This document shows positions 24,230 to 33,900 of a stretch of 64,000 bases of DNA, one piece after another. Under the pieces are notes generated by a model. It did not search any database. It saw only the letters and a program-made list of their open reading frames with translations, and was not told the origin of the DNA. Positions within the stretch are counted from its first letter, which is position 1. Every line of letters begins with the position of its first letter. The translations under genes were made by a program, and so were the position numbers. Source of the DNA: an uncultured Planctomycetales bacterium. GTDB lineage: Bacteria > Omnitrophota > Gorgyraeia > Zapsychrales > Aceulaceae. The stretch lies in assembly GCA_964648665.1 (NCBI GenBank), contig CAZYOA010000001.1, forward strand, positions 48,128 to 112,127, written 5' to 3'.

Positions 24230-26331
24230 GAGTACTCCAAATTCTTCCTGAGTTGCATGTTGGTGGCGTTGAAACTGGAACGGTTGATCTGTCTCGTTAC
24301 TTAATTGAGCATGGACATCAATCTTTTGTTGTTTCTGGCGGAGGCGGTCTTGTGCCGAATTTAGAGAAGGCTGGGGCTGTGCATTTTAAACTTCCTGTGC
24401 ACAAAAAGAATCTTTGGACGGCGCTTCAATCGTTTAGAAAGCTTAAGAAAATTATTATTGAAGAAAAAATTGATCTTGTTCATGCGCGGTCACGTGTTCC
24501 GGCTTGGATCGCTTATTGGGCATGTCGACAGACTCAGACGCCATTCTTAACAACATGTCATGGTCATTATTCAAAACATTTATTTAGTCGTGTGATGGGA
24601 TGGAGCAAATTTGTTATCGTTCCGAGTCGAGTTATTGGTCAGCATATGATTCAAGACTTTGGAGTTCCGGCAGAAAATATTCGATGTATACCTAGAAGTG
24701 TTGATCTTAAGAAATTTAATATTTCACATAAAAGCATTTTGGGAAGTTCACAATATGTTATTTCTATTGTGGGGCGATTGACTCCCTTGAAAGGGCATGA
24801 ATATTTTTTAAAAGCAATGGCGCGCGTTATTCGGCATTTTCCATATGTTAAAGTTTGGATTATAGGTGATGCTCCCGCAAAGAAGCAATCTTATAAAGAA
24901 GGATTAATGGCTCTGGCTCGACGCCTTGGGCTTTCAGACCATGTTGAGTTTTTAGGTAATCGTCGAGATATTCCAGAATTGTTGTCAAAAACAGATGTTT
25001 TGGTGCTTTCGACAATTACGCAAGAATCATTTGGTCGTGTTATCGTGGAAGCTCAGGCTGCTGGTGTTCCTGTTGTTGCGACAAAAGTAGGTGGAGTCGT
25101 TGAAATTATTGATCATGAAAAGACAGGGCTTTTGGTTTTACCAAGACACCCTGAAGAAATGGCAAATGCTGTTGTTCGCTTGCTAGAAGATAAAATTTTG
25201 ACTGCTGAGCTGGTTCATAATGCAAAACAAAAGATTTTATCAAATTATACTCTTGAGCACATGGCAAGTCAGACGATCGATGTTTATCAAGAGCTGTTAA
25301 AGAAAATTAATATTCTCGTTATAAAAATTAGTGCTATTGGTGATGTTATTTTGATTGTTCCGTCCTTGCGAGCTTTAAGGGAGAAATATCCTTTTGCAAA
25401 AATTTGTTGTCTGGTTGGAAAACCGGCTAGAGAAATTTTACAACGGTGCCCGTATATTGACGAGTTAATTGTTTATGATTCTGAGAGTAAGCATCGAGGG
25501 TGGTGGGGTGTTTGGAAGTTAGCACGGAAATTAAGAAAATATAAGCTTGATAAAGTTGTTGATTTTCAAAATAATCGAAAGAGTCATTTGTTGGGATTTT
25601 TAAGTTTTTGTTCGCAGCGATATGGATATCGTAATAATAAATGGGGAAGTCTTTTGTCGAATGGGATTGTTGACGATCAAAAATCTTTACCTGCAGTTTT
25701 GCATCAATTTCGTATTTTAAATGAGCTTAATATTGTTCCAGCAAATCAGTTTTTAGAGCTTTGGTCATCAAAAGAAGATAAAAAATATATCAATAATCTT
25801 TTGCAAGGCCAATGGGTTAATGAAAATGCGAAATTTGTTGGGATTCATCTAGCAGCATCAGAACGATGGAAAACAAAAGCTTGGAGTCTTGAAAATATTG
25901 CGCAACTTTGCGATATGCTCGCTGCTAAGAATATTCGAACAGTTATTACAGGATCAAATAAAGATGTTGTTCTTATGCAAGAGCTTTTGAAATTAACCAA
26001 AGCTAAACCTGTCAATTGTGTTGGAAAAACAAGTATTTTACAACTTGCGACATTGATAAAGAAGTGTCAGGTCTATATTGTACCAGATTCAGCACCTTTA
26101 CATATTGCGGCGGCAGTTCGAACACCGTTTATTGCTTTGTTTGGGCCGACTGATCCAGCTCGTCATATGCCACCCGCAAAAGAATTTCGAATACTTTTTC
26201 ATCATGTTGAATGTTCACCTTGCTATCAAGGACAGTGTCCCATTGATACGCATATTTGCATGAAAAAGATAACGCCACAGCAAGTTTTTGAGGAAATTGA
26301 GCAGTTGATGTCAACGCATACAAAATTATGA
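24226..26331 (+). CDS. Fusion protein: GT4 glycosyltransferase N-half plus GT9 (heptosyltransferase-family) C-half
   Basis: N-half: GGVE...E.FG...EA.A.G.PVVAT..GG..E GT4 signature. C-half: ILVIK.SAIGDVIL, kinked GT9 layout and DS.PLHIAAA....ALFGPT. Confidence 0.8.
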   Translation: MRVLQILPELHVGGVETGTVDLSRYLIEHGHQSFVVSGGGGLVPNLEKAGAVHFKLPVHKKNLWTALQSFRKLKKIIIEEKIDLVHARSRVPAWIAYWACRQTQTPFLTTCHGHYSKHLFSRVMGWSKFVIVPSRVIGQHMIQDFGVPAENIRCIPRSVDLKKFNISHKSILGSSQYVISIVGRLTPLKGHEYFLKAMARVIRHFPYVKVWIIGDAPAKKQSYKEGLMALARRLGLSDHVEFLGNRRDIPELLSKTDVLVLSTITQESFGRVIVEAQAAGVPVVATKVGGVVEIIDHEKTGLLVLPRHPEEMANAVVRLLEDKILTAELVHNAKQKILSNYTLEHMASQTIDVYQELLKKINILVIKISAIGDVILIVPSLRALREKYPFAKICCLVGKPAREILQRCPYIDELIVYDSESKHRGWWGVWKLARKLRKYKLDKVVDFQNNRKSHLLGFLSFCSQRYGYRNNKWGSLLSNGIVDDQKSLPAVLHQFRILNELNIVPANQFLELWSSKEDKKYINNLLQGQWVNENAKFVGIHLAASERWKTKAWSLENIAQLCDMLAAKNIRTVITGSNKDVVLMQELLKLTKAKPVNCVGKTSILQLATLIKKCQVYIVPDSAPLHIAAAVRTPFIALFGPTDPARHMPPAKEFRILFHHVECSPCYQGQCPIDTHICMKKITPQQVFEEIEQLMSTHTKL

Positions 26332-27422
26332 ACATCTTAATTTTAACAACACATTTTAATACTGGTGGCATTACTAGTTATATTTTGACACTGGCAAAAG
26401 GGTTACATAAAAATAACGATAAAGTGTTTGTTATTTCGAGTGGTGGCAATATGGTATCTGTTCTTGAAAGTTCTGGCGTTAAACATATATCTCTTGATAT
26501 TCGCACAAAATCAGAAGTGAGCCCAAAGCTTTATAAGGCATTGCCTTGGTTGCTAAATTTTTGCAAGGAAAACAAAATTGAAGTTATTCATACACAAACA
26601 AGAATAACCCAAGTTCTCGGGGCAATGTTATCGCGTTTTATGAATGTTGCGCATGTTTCAACGGCACATGGATTCTTTAAGGTGCGCTTGTTTCGACGTC
26701 TTCTTCCGTGCTGGGGAGATGCTGTTATTGCGATTAGTCGTCAAGTTGAAAATCACTTAGTTGGTGATTTTCATGTTCAGAAAGATAAGATTTTTTGGGT
26801 TACTCATGGAATTTCTTGTGATATAAAATTATTAAGCCAAGAAGAAAAAGAGGCTAAACGTAAAGAGCTTGGATTCAGTTTAGATCCTTTGGCTGGAATC
26901 ATAGCGCGCTTGTCTGAGGTTAAGGGACAGGATATTTTAATTTCTGCAATGAGGAAAGTTGTAGATAAGAAGAAAGATGCAAAACTTTTGATTGTTGGCC
27001 AGGGTAAAACTGAGGAATATTTGAAATCTTTAGTTGAAAAGCTGGATCTTAAAGATAATATTTTGTTTTTACCGGTTGTTGATCGATCAGAGGAAATTTT
27101 GTCTTTATTAGATATTTTTGTTATGCCGTCTCGTCAGGAAGGATTGGGTCTCTCTGTTATGGAGGCGCAAGCCCAAGGGTTACCAGTTATTGCTTCTAAT
27201 GTTGGAGGTATCCCGACTTTAATCGAGGATGGAAGGACAGGTATTCTTGTTCCTCCTGAAAATGCAGATGCTCTGGCTGAAGAACTTTTATGTTTATTCG
27301 AGAATCTCGAGAAGGCAAAAGAAATTGGTCAAAAAGCAAAAATATTTGCTCAAGAAAACTTTTCAATTGATCGCATGATTGATCAAACCAGAGATGTTTA
27401 TAAGAAAGTTTTAAGAAAGTAA
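26328..27422 (+). CDS. GT4 family glycosyltransferase
   Basis: PSRQEGLGLSVMEAQAQGLPVIASNVGGIPTLIEDG.TG signature. Confidence 0.85.
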   Translation: MNILILTTHFNTGGITSYILTLAKGLHKNNDKVFVISSGGNMVSVLESSGVKHISLDIRTKSEVSPKLYKALPWLLNFCKENKIEVIHTQTRITQVLGAMLSRFMNVAHVSTAHGFFKVRLFRRLLPCWGDAVIAISRQVENHLVGDFHVQKDKIFWVTHGISCDIKLLSQEEKEAKRKELGFSLDPLAGIIARLSEVKGQDILISAMRKVVDKKKDAKLLIVGQGKTEEYLKSLVEKLDLKDNILFLPVVDRSEEILSLLDIFVMPSRQEGLGLSVMEAQAQGLPVIASNVGGIPTLIEDGRTGILVPPENADALAEELLCLFENLEKAKEIGQKAKIFAQENFSIDRMIDQTRDVYKKVLRK

Positions 27423-28435
27423 TGAAAAATATTCTTGTTGTTAATGTTAATTGGCTTGGTGATGTTATTTTTTCATCGCCTGCATTTAAGGCGCTTAAAG
27501 AAAAATATCCGCAGAGCCGCATTACATGTTTAGGTGTTCCGCGCATTGTTGAAGTGTTACAACACGTTGAAGGCGTTGATGATATTATTATTTATGAAGA
27601 AAAAGGACGTCATGCAAGTCCGCTTGGAAAACTAAAACTTATTCATCAAATTCGATCAAAACGCTTTGATATTGTTTTTTTATTTCATGGATCTTTGACG
27701 CGTGCGCTAATTGTTTTTTTGGCAGGGATTCCTGTGCGTGTCGGTTATCCTAGTAAGAGTAGGGGAGTTTTTTTAAGTCATAAGGTTGAATGTTTAAAAG
27801 GCATTGTTCATCGAAGTGATTTTTATTTAAATGTTATAGAATCGTTTGAGGTAGAGGTTAGCGATCGAAATTATTATTTAAATGTTTCAGATCAGGATAT
27901 AGATTTTGCAGACAAACTCTTTAAGGATAATAATATATCAAAGGATGATTTTGTTATTATTCTCAATACTGGTGGAAATTGGGATTTAAAGCAATGGCCT
28001 GAAGAGAAATTTAGCTTATTGATCGATCAAATTTCTATATTGCCTTCGTTGAAAATAGTAATAACTGGAGCTCCGAAGGATGCTGAAAGAGTTCGGCGAA
28101 TTATATTAAATGCAAAAAGTGAGGTTGTTAATCTTGTAGGGCAAACAACTCTTTCTCAGCTTATGGGTGTTATGAAGAGATCTAATTTGGTTATTTCGGC
28201 AGATTCAGGACCTTTGCATGTTGCAAGCAGTGTTGGAGTAAAAACGATTGGTTTGTTTGGACCAACAAGTCCGCAGATCACAGGACAGCGCGGCAAGGAG
28301 AATGGAGATGTTATTTATAATGATGTTGGATGTAACAAAAATCCATGTTATCACTTAACATGTTTGGATAATATTTGTATGAAATCAATTACGGTTAAAA
28401 ATGTCATCGATAGAATCAAAAGAATACAACGTTAA
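27422..28435 (+). CDS. GT9 family glycosyltransferase (LPS heptosyltransferase-like)
   Basis: ILVVNVNWLGDVIFSSPA start. DSGPLHVASSVGVKTIGLFGPT motif. Confidence 0.85.
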   Translation: MKNILVVNVNWLGDVIFSSPAFKALKEKYPQSRITCLGVPRIVEVLQHVEGVDDIIIYEEKGRHASPLGKLKLIHQIRSKRFDIVFLFHGSLTRALIVFLAGIPVRVGYPSKSRGVFLSHKVECLKGIVHRSDFYLNVIESFEVEVSDRNYYLNVSDQDIDFADKLFKDNNISKDDFVIILNTGGNWDLKQWPEEKFSLLIDQISILPSLKIVITGAPKDAERVRRIILNAKSEVVNLVGQTTLSQLMGVMKRSNLVISADSGPLHVASSVGVKTIGLFGPTSPQITGQRGKENGDVIYNDVGCNKNPCYHLTCLDNICMKSITVKNVIDRIKRIQR

Positions 28436-29354
28436 GAAAATTTTAGTTGTCAGTTTAAGTAATATTGGCGATGTTATTTTGACGTGTCCCGTTATAGATT
28501 CTTTGATACAGCGATTTCCACTTTGTGAAATTTCTGTCATTGTCGGATCAAAAGCTGTTGGTCTTTTTGAAGGTAATCCATATATTAAAGATGTTTTTAT
28601 TTTTGATAAAAAACAATCGTTTGGCAGCATGATGTGTTGGGCGTTTAATTTAAGAAAAAACAACTTTGATATGGTTGTGGATTTAAGAAATACAATTTTG
28701 TCATTAATTTTGATGCCACGATATTCGACATCGTTAAAGGCGCACAAGGCTGATGGTCACATGCATGACAAGCATTTAGCTCGACTTTGGAGTGTTGTGC
28801 CAGATGCAAAATCGCATGAAGATCGAAAAGCAATTTTTATAAATCAAGAAGCTCAAGATATCGCAGATAAGATTTTATCGAGTCAAATAAATTTAGAATC
28901 TAAATATTGTGTTGTTGGTGTTGGTGCTGCTGATCAAAAAAAGCGATGGACAGAAGGCGGATTCGTTGAGGTTTGTAATTGGATTTTTGAGCAGTATGGA
29001 TTTCAGAGTGTTTTTGTTGGTGATCAAAGCGATTTCTTGAGAGCAGAAAAGATTTCGAAAAGTTTAAAAAATAAAGGTGTAAATCTTTGTGGTGAAATTA
29101 ATCTTTTAGAATTTGCTGGAACTTTAAAGCGCAGTGGGTTTGTTTTATCTAACGATAGTGCTGTTATGCATATGGCTAGCTATTTCAACATTCCAACAAT
29201 TGGTCTTTTTGGTCCAACAAATTCGATTAAATATGGTCCATGGGCAGAAAAATTTGAAATTGTCCGTTCTCCAAATGAAGATGGCCATGAAATAGCAAAA
29301 ATGAGCGAGATAACTCCTAAATCGGTAAAAGAATCTATTCGAAGAATATTATGA
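28401..29354 (+). CDS. GT9 family glycosyltransferase (LPS heptosyltransferase-like)
   Basis: ILVVSLSNIGDVILTCP start. NDSAVMHMASYFNIPTIGLFGPT motif. Confidence 0.85.
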   Translation: MSSIESKEYNVKKILVVSLSNIGDVILTCPVIDSLIQRFPLCEISVIVGSKAVGLFEGNPYIKDVFIFDKKQSFGSMMCWAFNLRKNNFDMVVDLRNTILSLILMPRYSTSLKAHKADGHMHDKHLARLWSVVPDAKSHEDRKAIFINQEAQDIADKILSSQINLESKYCVVGVGAADQKKRWTEGGFVEVCNWIFEQYGFQSVFVGDQSDFLRAEKISKSLKNKGVNLCGEINLLEFAGTLKRSGFVLSNDSAVMHMASYFNIPTIGLFGPTNSIKYGPWAEKFEIVRSPNEDGHEIAKMSEITPKSVKESIRRIL

Positions 29355-30397
29355 TAAAGAAAAAGATTTTTAAAAATATTCTTATTGTTCGCACTGATCG
29401 CATTGGCGATGTTGTATTGACAACGCCAGCAATACAGGCTTTGAGAGAAGCTTGTCCAAGCGCTAAGATTTCTATTCTTGTGGCACCACAAACAAAATCT
29501 ATTGTGCAGGGAAATCCGTATCTTGATCAAGTGATTGTTTATGATTTCAAGGGAAAAGATAGAGGATTTTTTGGATTTTGGCGTTTTACTTTTAAACTTA
29601 TGAGAATGAATTTTGATTTGGCAATTAATTATCATGTAAAGAATCGAACAAATGCGTTATTGTTTTTCTCAGGAATTCCTTTGAGAGTTGGATTTAAAAA
29701 TAAAAAACTTGGATTTTTTTTAAATAAAACAATTTTAGATACAAGGGTTATGGGGGCAAAGCATGAGTCGGAGTATTGTCTCGATCTCATAAAGAGTCTT
29801 GGCATGGATATTGATAAAAAATATTCTATATATGCGTCTATTGATAATGAATCAGAAAAATGGACGGATAAGCTCTTGACGGAGTATAATATTGCTGATG
29901 AGAAACTTGTTGCGATTCATCCGGGGGCAAGTTGTATTTCAAAGAGGTGGCCACCAATTTTATTTTCACAAGTTATAGATCAAATTGTTTTAAATTACAA
30001 GATAAAAGTTATTGTTATTGGAGCAGGAGATAATCAATTAATTGCTGAAGAAGTGATTGCTGGATGCAAGTCTTCTATTATTGATTTTACTGGAAAGACT
30101 TCTGTTAGTCACCTGATTAGTCTTTTAAAAAGATGTTCACTTTTAATTTCAAATGATTCTGGTCCTGTTCATTTGGCAGCTGGCGTTGGCACGCCTGTTG
30201 TTTCAATCTTTGGTCGGAATCAGCCTGGTTTATCGGTTATGCGATGGCGCTCTTTAGGGTATAAAGACATCTCACTTCATAAAGACGTTGGGTGTAAAGA
30301 ATGTTTGGCTCATAATTGTCAAATTGGATTTCAATGTCTTAAAGCCATTGAAGTTAGAGATGTTGTTAATGCAGCTAATCGTATTTTAAATAGTTAA
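29351..30397 (+). CDS. GT9 family glycosyltransferase (LPS heptosyltransferase-like)
   Basis: ILIVRTDRIGDVVLTTPA start. NDSGPVHLAAGVGTPVVSIFG motif. Confidence 0.85.
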   Translation: MIKKKIFKNILIVRTDRIGDVVLTTPAIQALREACPSAKISILVAPQTKSIVQGNPYLDQVIVYDFKGKDRGFFGFWRFTFKLMRMNFDLAINYHVKNRTNALLFFSGIPLRVGFKNKKLGFFLNKTILDTRVMGAKHESEYCLDLIKSLGMDIDKKYSIYASIDNESEKWTDKLLTEYNIADEKLVAIHPGASCISKRWPPILFSQVIDQIVLNYKIKVIVIGAGDNQLIAEEVIAGCKSSIIDFTGKTSVSHLISLLKRCSLLISNDSGPVHLAAGVGTPVVSIFGRNQPGLSVMRWRSLGYKDISLHKDVGCKECLAHNCQIGFQCLKAIEVRDVVNAANRILNS

Positions 30398-30442
30398 GCA
30401 CAGATATGTATATTGTGTTAATATTGAAAAAAAGGAAATGTT

Positions 30443-30799
30443 ATGCCTAGAAATGCAAATGATCGTGAATTTGTCCGTATTTCGGATTATTCTGAAATTA
30501 CTTATCAAAGCGAAATAGCTAAGACTAAAAAGAAAACTGAAACAAAGAATATTAGCGCGCAAGGTATTTGTTTTGTTAGCAAAGAAAAGTTTGCTATTGA
30601 TTCCGTTGTTGAAGTTTCGTTGACATTCGAGAGGCTAGGATTTTCTTTTACTTCAAAATCTGTTGTTCGTTGGGTTAATGAGATTGTAAGAAATCATCGC
30701 TATGAAGTAGGGGTTAAGTTTATCGATGTATCTTTACAAGAAACAAAAAAGCTTGTTAATTATATTGATACGATTAAAAGATTAGATCGATATGTTTAG
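30443..30799 (+). CDS. PilZ domain protein (putative c-di-GMP receptor)
   Basis: RxxxR (REFVR) and N.SxxG (NISAQG) motifs at the expected spacing in a 118-aa single-domain protein. Confidence 0.7.
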   Translation: MPRNANDREFVRISDYSEITYQSEIAKTKKKTETKNISAQGICFVSKEKFAIDSVVEVSLTFERLGFSFTSKSVVRWVNEIVRNHRYEVGVKFIDVSLQETKKLVNYIDTIKRLDRYV

Positions 30800-30816
30800 A
30801 TGAAAAGGGGAGCTTT

Positions 30817-31086
30817 ATGAGCATTGGAATAAAAAAACCAATACAGGATGAATTAGAGGGCTTAGGAGTTTTTTCTTGGGATATTTGGGAAAAGGAAGAA
30901 AGCGAATTTGATTGGCATTATGATAAAAAGGAAATTTGCTATTTTCTTGAGGGTGAAGTGGATGTTGAGCTTGAAGATGGGAGAATTATTCATGTTGGAC
31001 AAGGAGATCTTGTCACGTTTCCAGAAGGTTTGTCGTGTCGATGGAATATTAAGAAAGCTGTAAAAAAACATTATTGTTTTGAGTAG
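30817..31086 (+). CDS. Small cupin-fold protein (cupin_3/DUF861-like)
   Basis: 89 aa. Pattern W....E.EF.W.YD..E.CY.LEG...V....G......GDLV.FP.G..C.W. Confidence 0.6.
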   Translation: MSIGIKKPIQDELEGLGVFSWDIWEKEESEFDWHYDKKEICYFLEGEVDVELEDGRIIHVGQGDLVTFPEGLSCRWNIKKAVKKHYCFE

Positions 31087-31116
31087 TCTATATTTAATTA
31101 AAAAAGGAGATTAGGA

Positions 31117-31646
31117 ATGAAGAAAATACTTAGCTTTGTTGTTGTGGCATGTTTTTTGATGGTAAGTGTTTTTAGTACAGGTGCATTTGCTGAGAAGCAA
31201 GGAAAAGGAAAGTATGATTTAGGAGAAAAGTTTTCTAAAAAGATTAAGGTGATGATTAAGAATAGCGAGAAATTGAATTTAACAGATGCGCAAATGGATG
31301 AAATCAAGAGTTTAAAATTGAAAACGAAGAAAGAATTAATTCAACAAAAAGCTAATATTGAGATTTTAGGTTTAGATATTAAAAGTGAAATGAAAAAAAC
31401 CCAATGGACGTTGAGTTAATTAATGGATTAATTGACCAGAAATATGAAGTTAAGAAAAAGAAGTCAAAGGCGTTAGTTTCAGCATGCGCAACATTAAGAA
31501 CAGTCTTGACAGATGATCAAAAAAAGAAAATGAAGGAAATTTGGAAAAAAGAAAAATGTGATAAAAAAGAGTGTTCTTTGAAAGATAAGAAAAAAGGCAA
31601 ATCAAAGAAGAATTCTAGGGTAGACCGGAAAAAAAGAGACCGTTAA
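31117..31646 (+). pseudogene. Spy/CpxP-like (LTxxQ) periplasmic protein split by a 1-nt frame change in an A7 run
   Basis: Two ORFs (31117-31419 and 31404-31646) overlap in different frames. Both carry LT..Q motifs (LNLTDAQMDEI; VLTDDQKKKM). One extra A at 31393-31399 would fuse them into ...SEMKKNPMDVELING... Confidence 0.65.
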
Positions 31647-31673
31647 TTTTTTTTGAAGTTCATGTGTTTATTT

Positions 31674-31703
31674 AGGCGAGTTTTTTAAAAAGCTCGCCTT
31701 TTT
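31674..31703 (+). terminator. Rho-independent terminator
   Basis: AGGCGAG / CTCGCCT stem, extendable through T/A pairs. Followed by a TTTT run. Confidence 0.7.
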
Positions 31704-31778
31704 ATTGGACGGTATTTTAATCATCAAGTAAAATGAAAATGTTTGAAATACAGTATTTATATTTTAATAAGGAGAAAA

Positions 31779-32000
31779 ATGAGTAAAATTAATGAATTGA
31801 TAGAATGGGATTTCTTGGGATCGCATAATAGCTTGTATATTAAGCATTTTACAGATGAAGAGGGTAAAAAAGGTGTAACGATGATCTTTGAAGACGTCAC
31901 TAAAGAAAAGGTAACTGAAATTGTAATTCCGGCACGCAAATATCCAACATTTTTGCGTATTATTAATGATGGAAATCGATATACGAATAGCATAATTTAA
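31779..32000 (+). CDS. Small hypothetical protein (73 aa)
   Basis: ATG at 31779 is preceded by AAGGAG (31769-31774). No recognisable motif. Confidence 0.4.
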   Translation: MSKINELIEWDFLGSHNSLYIKHFTDEEGKKGVTMIFEDVTKEKVTEIVIPARKYPTFLRIINDGNRYTNSII

Positions 32001-32025
32001 AAGCTTTGAGATTTCCTTTATTTCT

Positions 32026-32054
32026 TTGACGCTTGCTATAAACTGTGCTAAAAT
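32026..32054 (+). promoter_or_regulatory. Putative sigma70 promoter upstream of the hldA-kds operon (TTGACG, 17-nt spacer including TGC, TAAAAT)
   Basis: Near-consensus -35 at 32026-32031. 17-nt spacer. Extended -10 TGC-TAAAAT ending at 32054. Confidence 0.5.
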
Positions 32055-32126
32055 TCGTCGTTTGGCTAAACTCCTAATGTATATATTTTATATATAAACG
32101 TAGTAAAAAGAAGGAATTCTTGTAAG

Positions 32127-33161
32127 ATGAGTGATTTCAACAAGATTGTTGCGTGCTTTAAAAACAAAAAGATTTTAGTTGTTGGAGATGTGATTTTGGA
32201 TCAGTATATTACAGGAAGCGTTTCGCGAATCTCGCCAGAGGCTCCTGTGCCAGTTGTTAAGCAGGAAGGTCATCCGCGTTATACTCCTGGCGGTTCTGCT
32301 AATGTAGCAAATAATTTAAGCGCGTTAGGTGCTAAGGTTTTGCTTGTTGGAAGAGTTGGTCAGGATAGAGAAGAGAAAATCTTAAAAAAAGAGCTTCGAA
32401 AAAGGAAAATCGATATATCGGGTCTTTTTACAGATAAGTGTATTCCAACGGCGATTAAAACACGAATTATTGCTCAGCATCAGCAGCTTGTACGCGTCGA
32501 TCGTGAAGATACGTCATCTCATGGTGCCGATGGAGTGGCAAACAAAATACTGCATTTTATTGAAAAGAAAATTGATGATGTGGATGCTGTGATTATTTCT
32601 GATTATGGAAAAGGTGTGGTTACGAAAGCTCTGGTTGGAAAACTCTCTAGCCTTGTTCGTCGGAACAAAAAGATTATTACAGTTGATCCCAAAGTTGAGC
32701 ATTTCAATTTTTATAATAGAGCTACGTGTATTACTCCAAATAAAAAAGAAGCTGAGAATGCAATTCGAAATATTATTATATCTAACGATAAAGGTCGGTT
32801 GCTTAAGATTAAAGCTGATAAGCTTACAAGCTTAAAAGATGTTCGAAAAGCAGGATCTGAAATTTTATCACATTTAAAATTAGAATCTCTTTTAATTACC
32901 TTGGGAGAGGATGGAATGTGTTTATTTGAAAAAGGTAAAGAGCCGTTTTTAATTCCAACAAAAGCAAAAGAGGTTTTTGATGTTACAGGCGCAGGTGATA
33001 CTGTAATTTCTGTTTTGACTTTGAGTTTAACAGCTGGAGCAACAAAGCAGCAAGCAGCTGTTTTAGCTAACTATGCGGCAGGTGTTGTTGTTGGAAAAAC
33101 TGGAGCTGTTGCCGTAACAGCTAAAGAAATTTTAAATGTTATTGATGAGGCTAAATTATGA
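32127..33161 (+). CDS. hldA: D-glycero-beta-D-manno-heptose-7-phosphate kinase (RfaE/HldE domain I type, PfkB family)
   Basis: ILVVGDVILDQY..G.V.RISPEAPVPV start. C-terminal DVTGAGDTV motif. No adenylyltransferase domain is attached. Confidence 0.85.
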   Translation: MSDFNKIVACFKNKKILVVGDVILDQYITGSVSRISPEAPVPVVKQEGHPRYTPGGSANVANNLSALGAKVLLVGRVGQDREEKILKKELRKRKIDISGLFTDKCIPTAIKTRIIAQHQQLVRVDREDTSSHGADGVANKILHFIEKKIDDVDAVIISDYGKGVVTKALVGKLSSLVRRNKKIITVDPKVEHFNFYNRATCITPNKKEAENAIRNIIISNDKGRLLKIKADKLTSLKDVRKAGSEILSHLKLESLLITLGEDGMCLFEKGKEPFLIPTKAKEVFDVTGAGDTVISVLTLSLTAGATKQQAAVLANYAAGVVVGKTGAVAVTAKEILNVIDEAKL

Positions 33162-33898
33162 GAACTGTTGGTGTGATTCCTGCTCGTTATGGATCGACAC
33201 GTCTTAAAGGTAAGGTTTTAGCTGATATTTTTGGAAAACCCTTGATTCAACATGTTTGGGAAAGAGCAAGTGAAGCTAAGCTTTTAGATGATCTTTTTAT
33301 TGCTGTTGATAATGAGCATGTAAAAAATGTTTGCGAAGGATTTGGGGCAAAAACAGTAATGACAGATAAGAGTTGCCTGTCAGGCTCTGATCGCATTGCT
33401 CAAGCTGTTAAAGATATTGATGCGGGCATTGTCATTAATATCCAAGGTGATGAGCCGATGCTTAATGCATCAATTATTGATGGGCTCGTTGATGTTCTTA
33501 AAAAGAATAAAGAAGTTCAGATGTCAACAGCTGTTGTTAAAATGAAAGAATCAAAGGATGCTCAAGATCCTAATGTAGTTAAGGCGATTGTTGATAGAAA
33601 AGGTTATGCTATTTATTTTTCTCGTGCGGCATTGCCGTTTGATCGAGAGGGCGATGGAAAAGAGATTGAATATTTTAAACATTTAGGATTTTATGGTTAT
33701 CGAAAAGTTTTTTTACTCGGTTTTAAAGATCTTCCTTTGTCAAAGTTGGAGCAAGCTGAGAAGCTTGAACAATTACGCGTGATTGAGGCTGGATATAAAA
33801 TTAAAGTTATTGAAACTGAATTTGATACGATTGCTGTGGATACCCAAGAGGATTTACAAAAAGTTAAGAAAGCTTTAAAGAAGGCTGGAGGTAAATAA
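33158..33898 (+). CDS. kdsB: 3-deoxy-manno-octulosonate cytidylyltransferase (CMP-Kdo synthetase)
   Basis: VIPARYGSTRLKGK start. NIQGDEP motif. Confidence 0.9.
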   Translation: MRTVGVIPARYGSTRLKGKVLADIFGKPLIQHVWERASEAKLLDDLFIAVDNEHVKNVCEGFGAKTVMTDKSCLSGSDRIAQAVKDIDAGIVINIQGDEPMLNASIIDGLVDVLKKNKEVQMSTAVVKMKESKDAQDPNVVKAIVDRKGYAIYFSRAALPFDREGDGKEIEYFKHLGFYGYRKVFLLGFKDLPLSKLEQAEKLEQLRVIEAGYKIKVIETEFDTIAVDTQEDLQKVKKALKKAGGK

Positions 33899-33900
33899 GC

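Noticed and set aside
31404-31646. Second half of the Spy-like gene as an independent 80-aa gene.
   Set aside because: It overlaps the first half in another frame exactly at an A7 run. It continues the same LTxxQ domain architecture and has no RBS of its own.
32080-32100. AT palindrome tatatattttatatata in the hldA leader as an operator.
   Set aside because: It is simple TA-repeat sequence in very AT-rich DNA, with no second copy or flanking specificity determinants.
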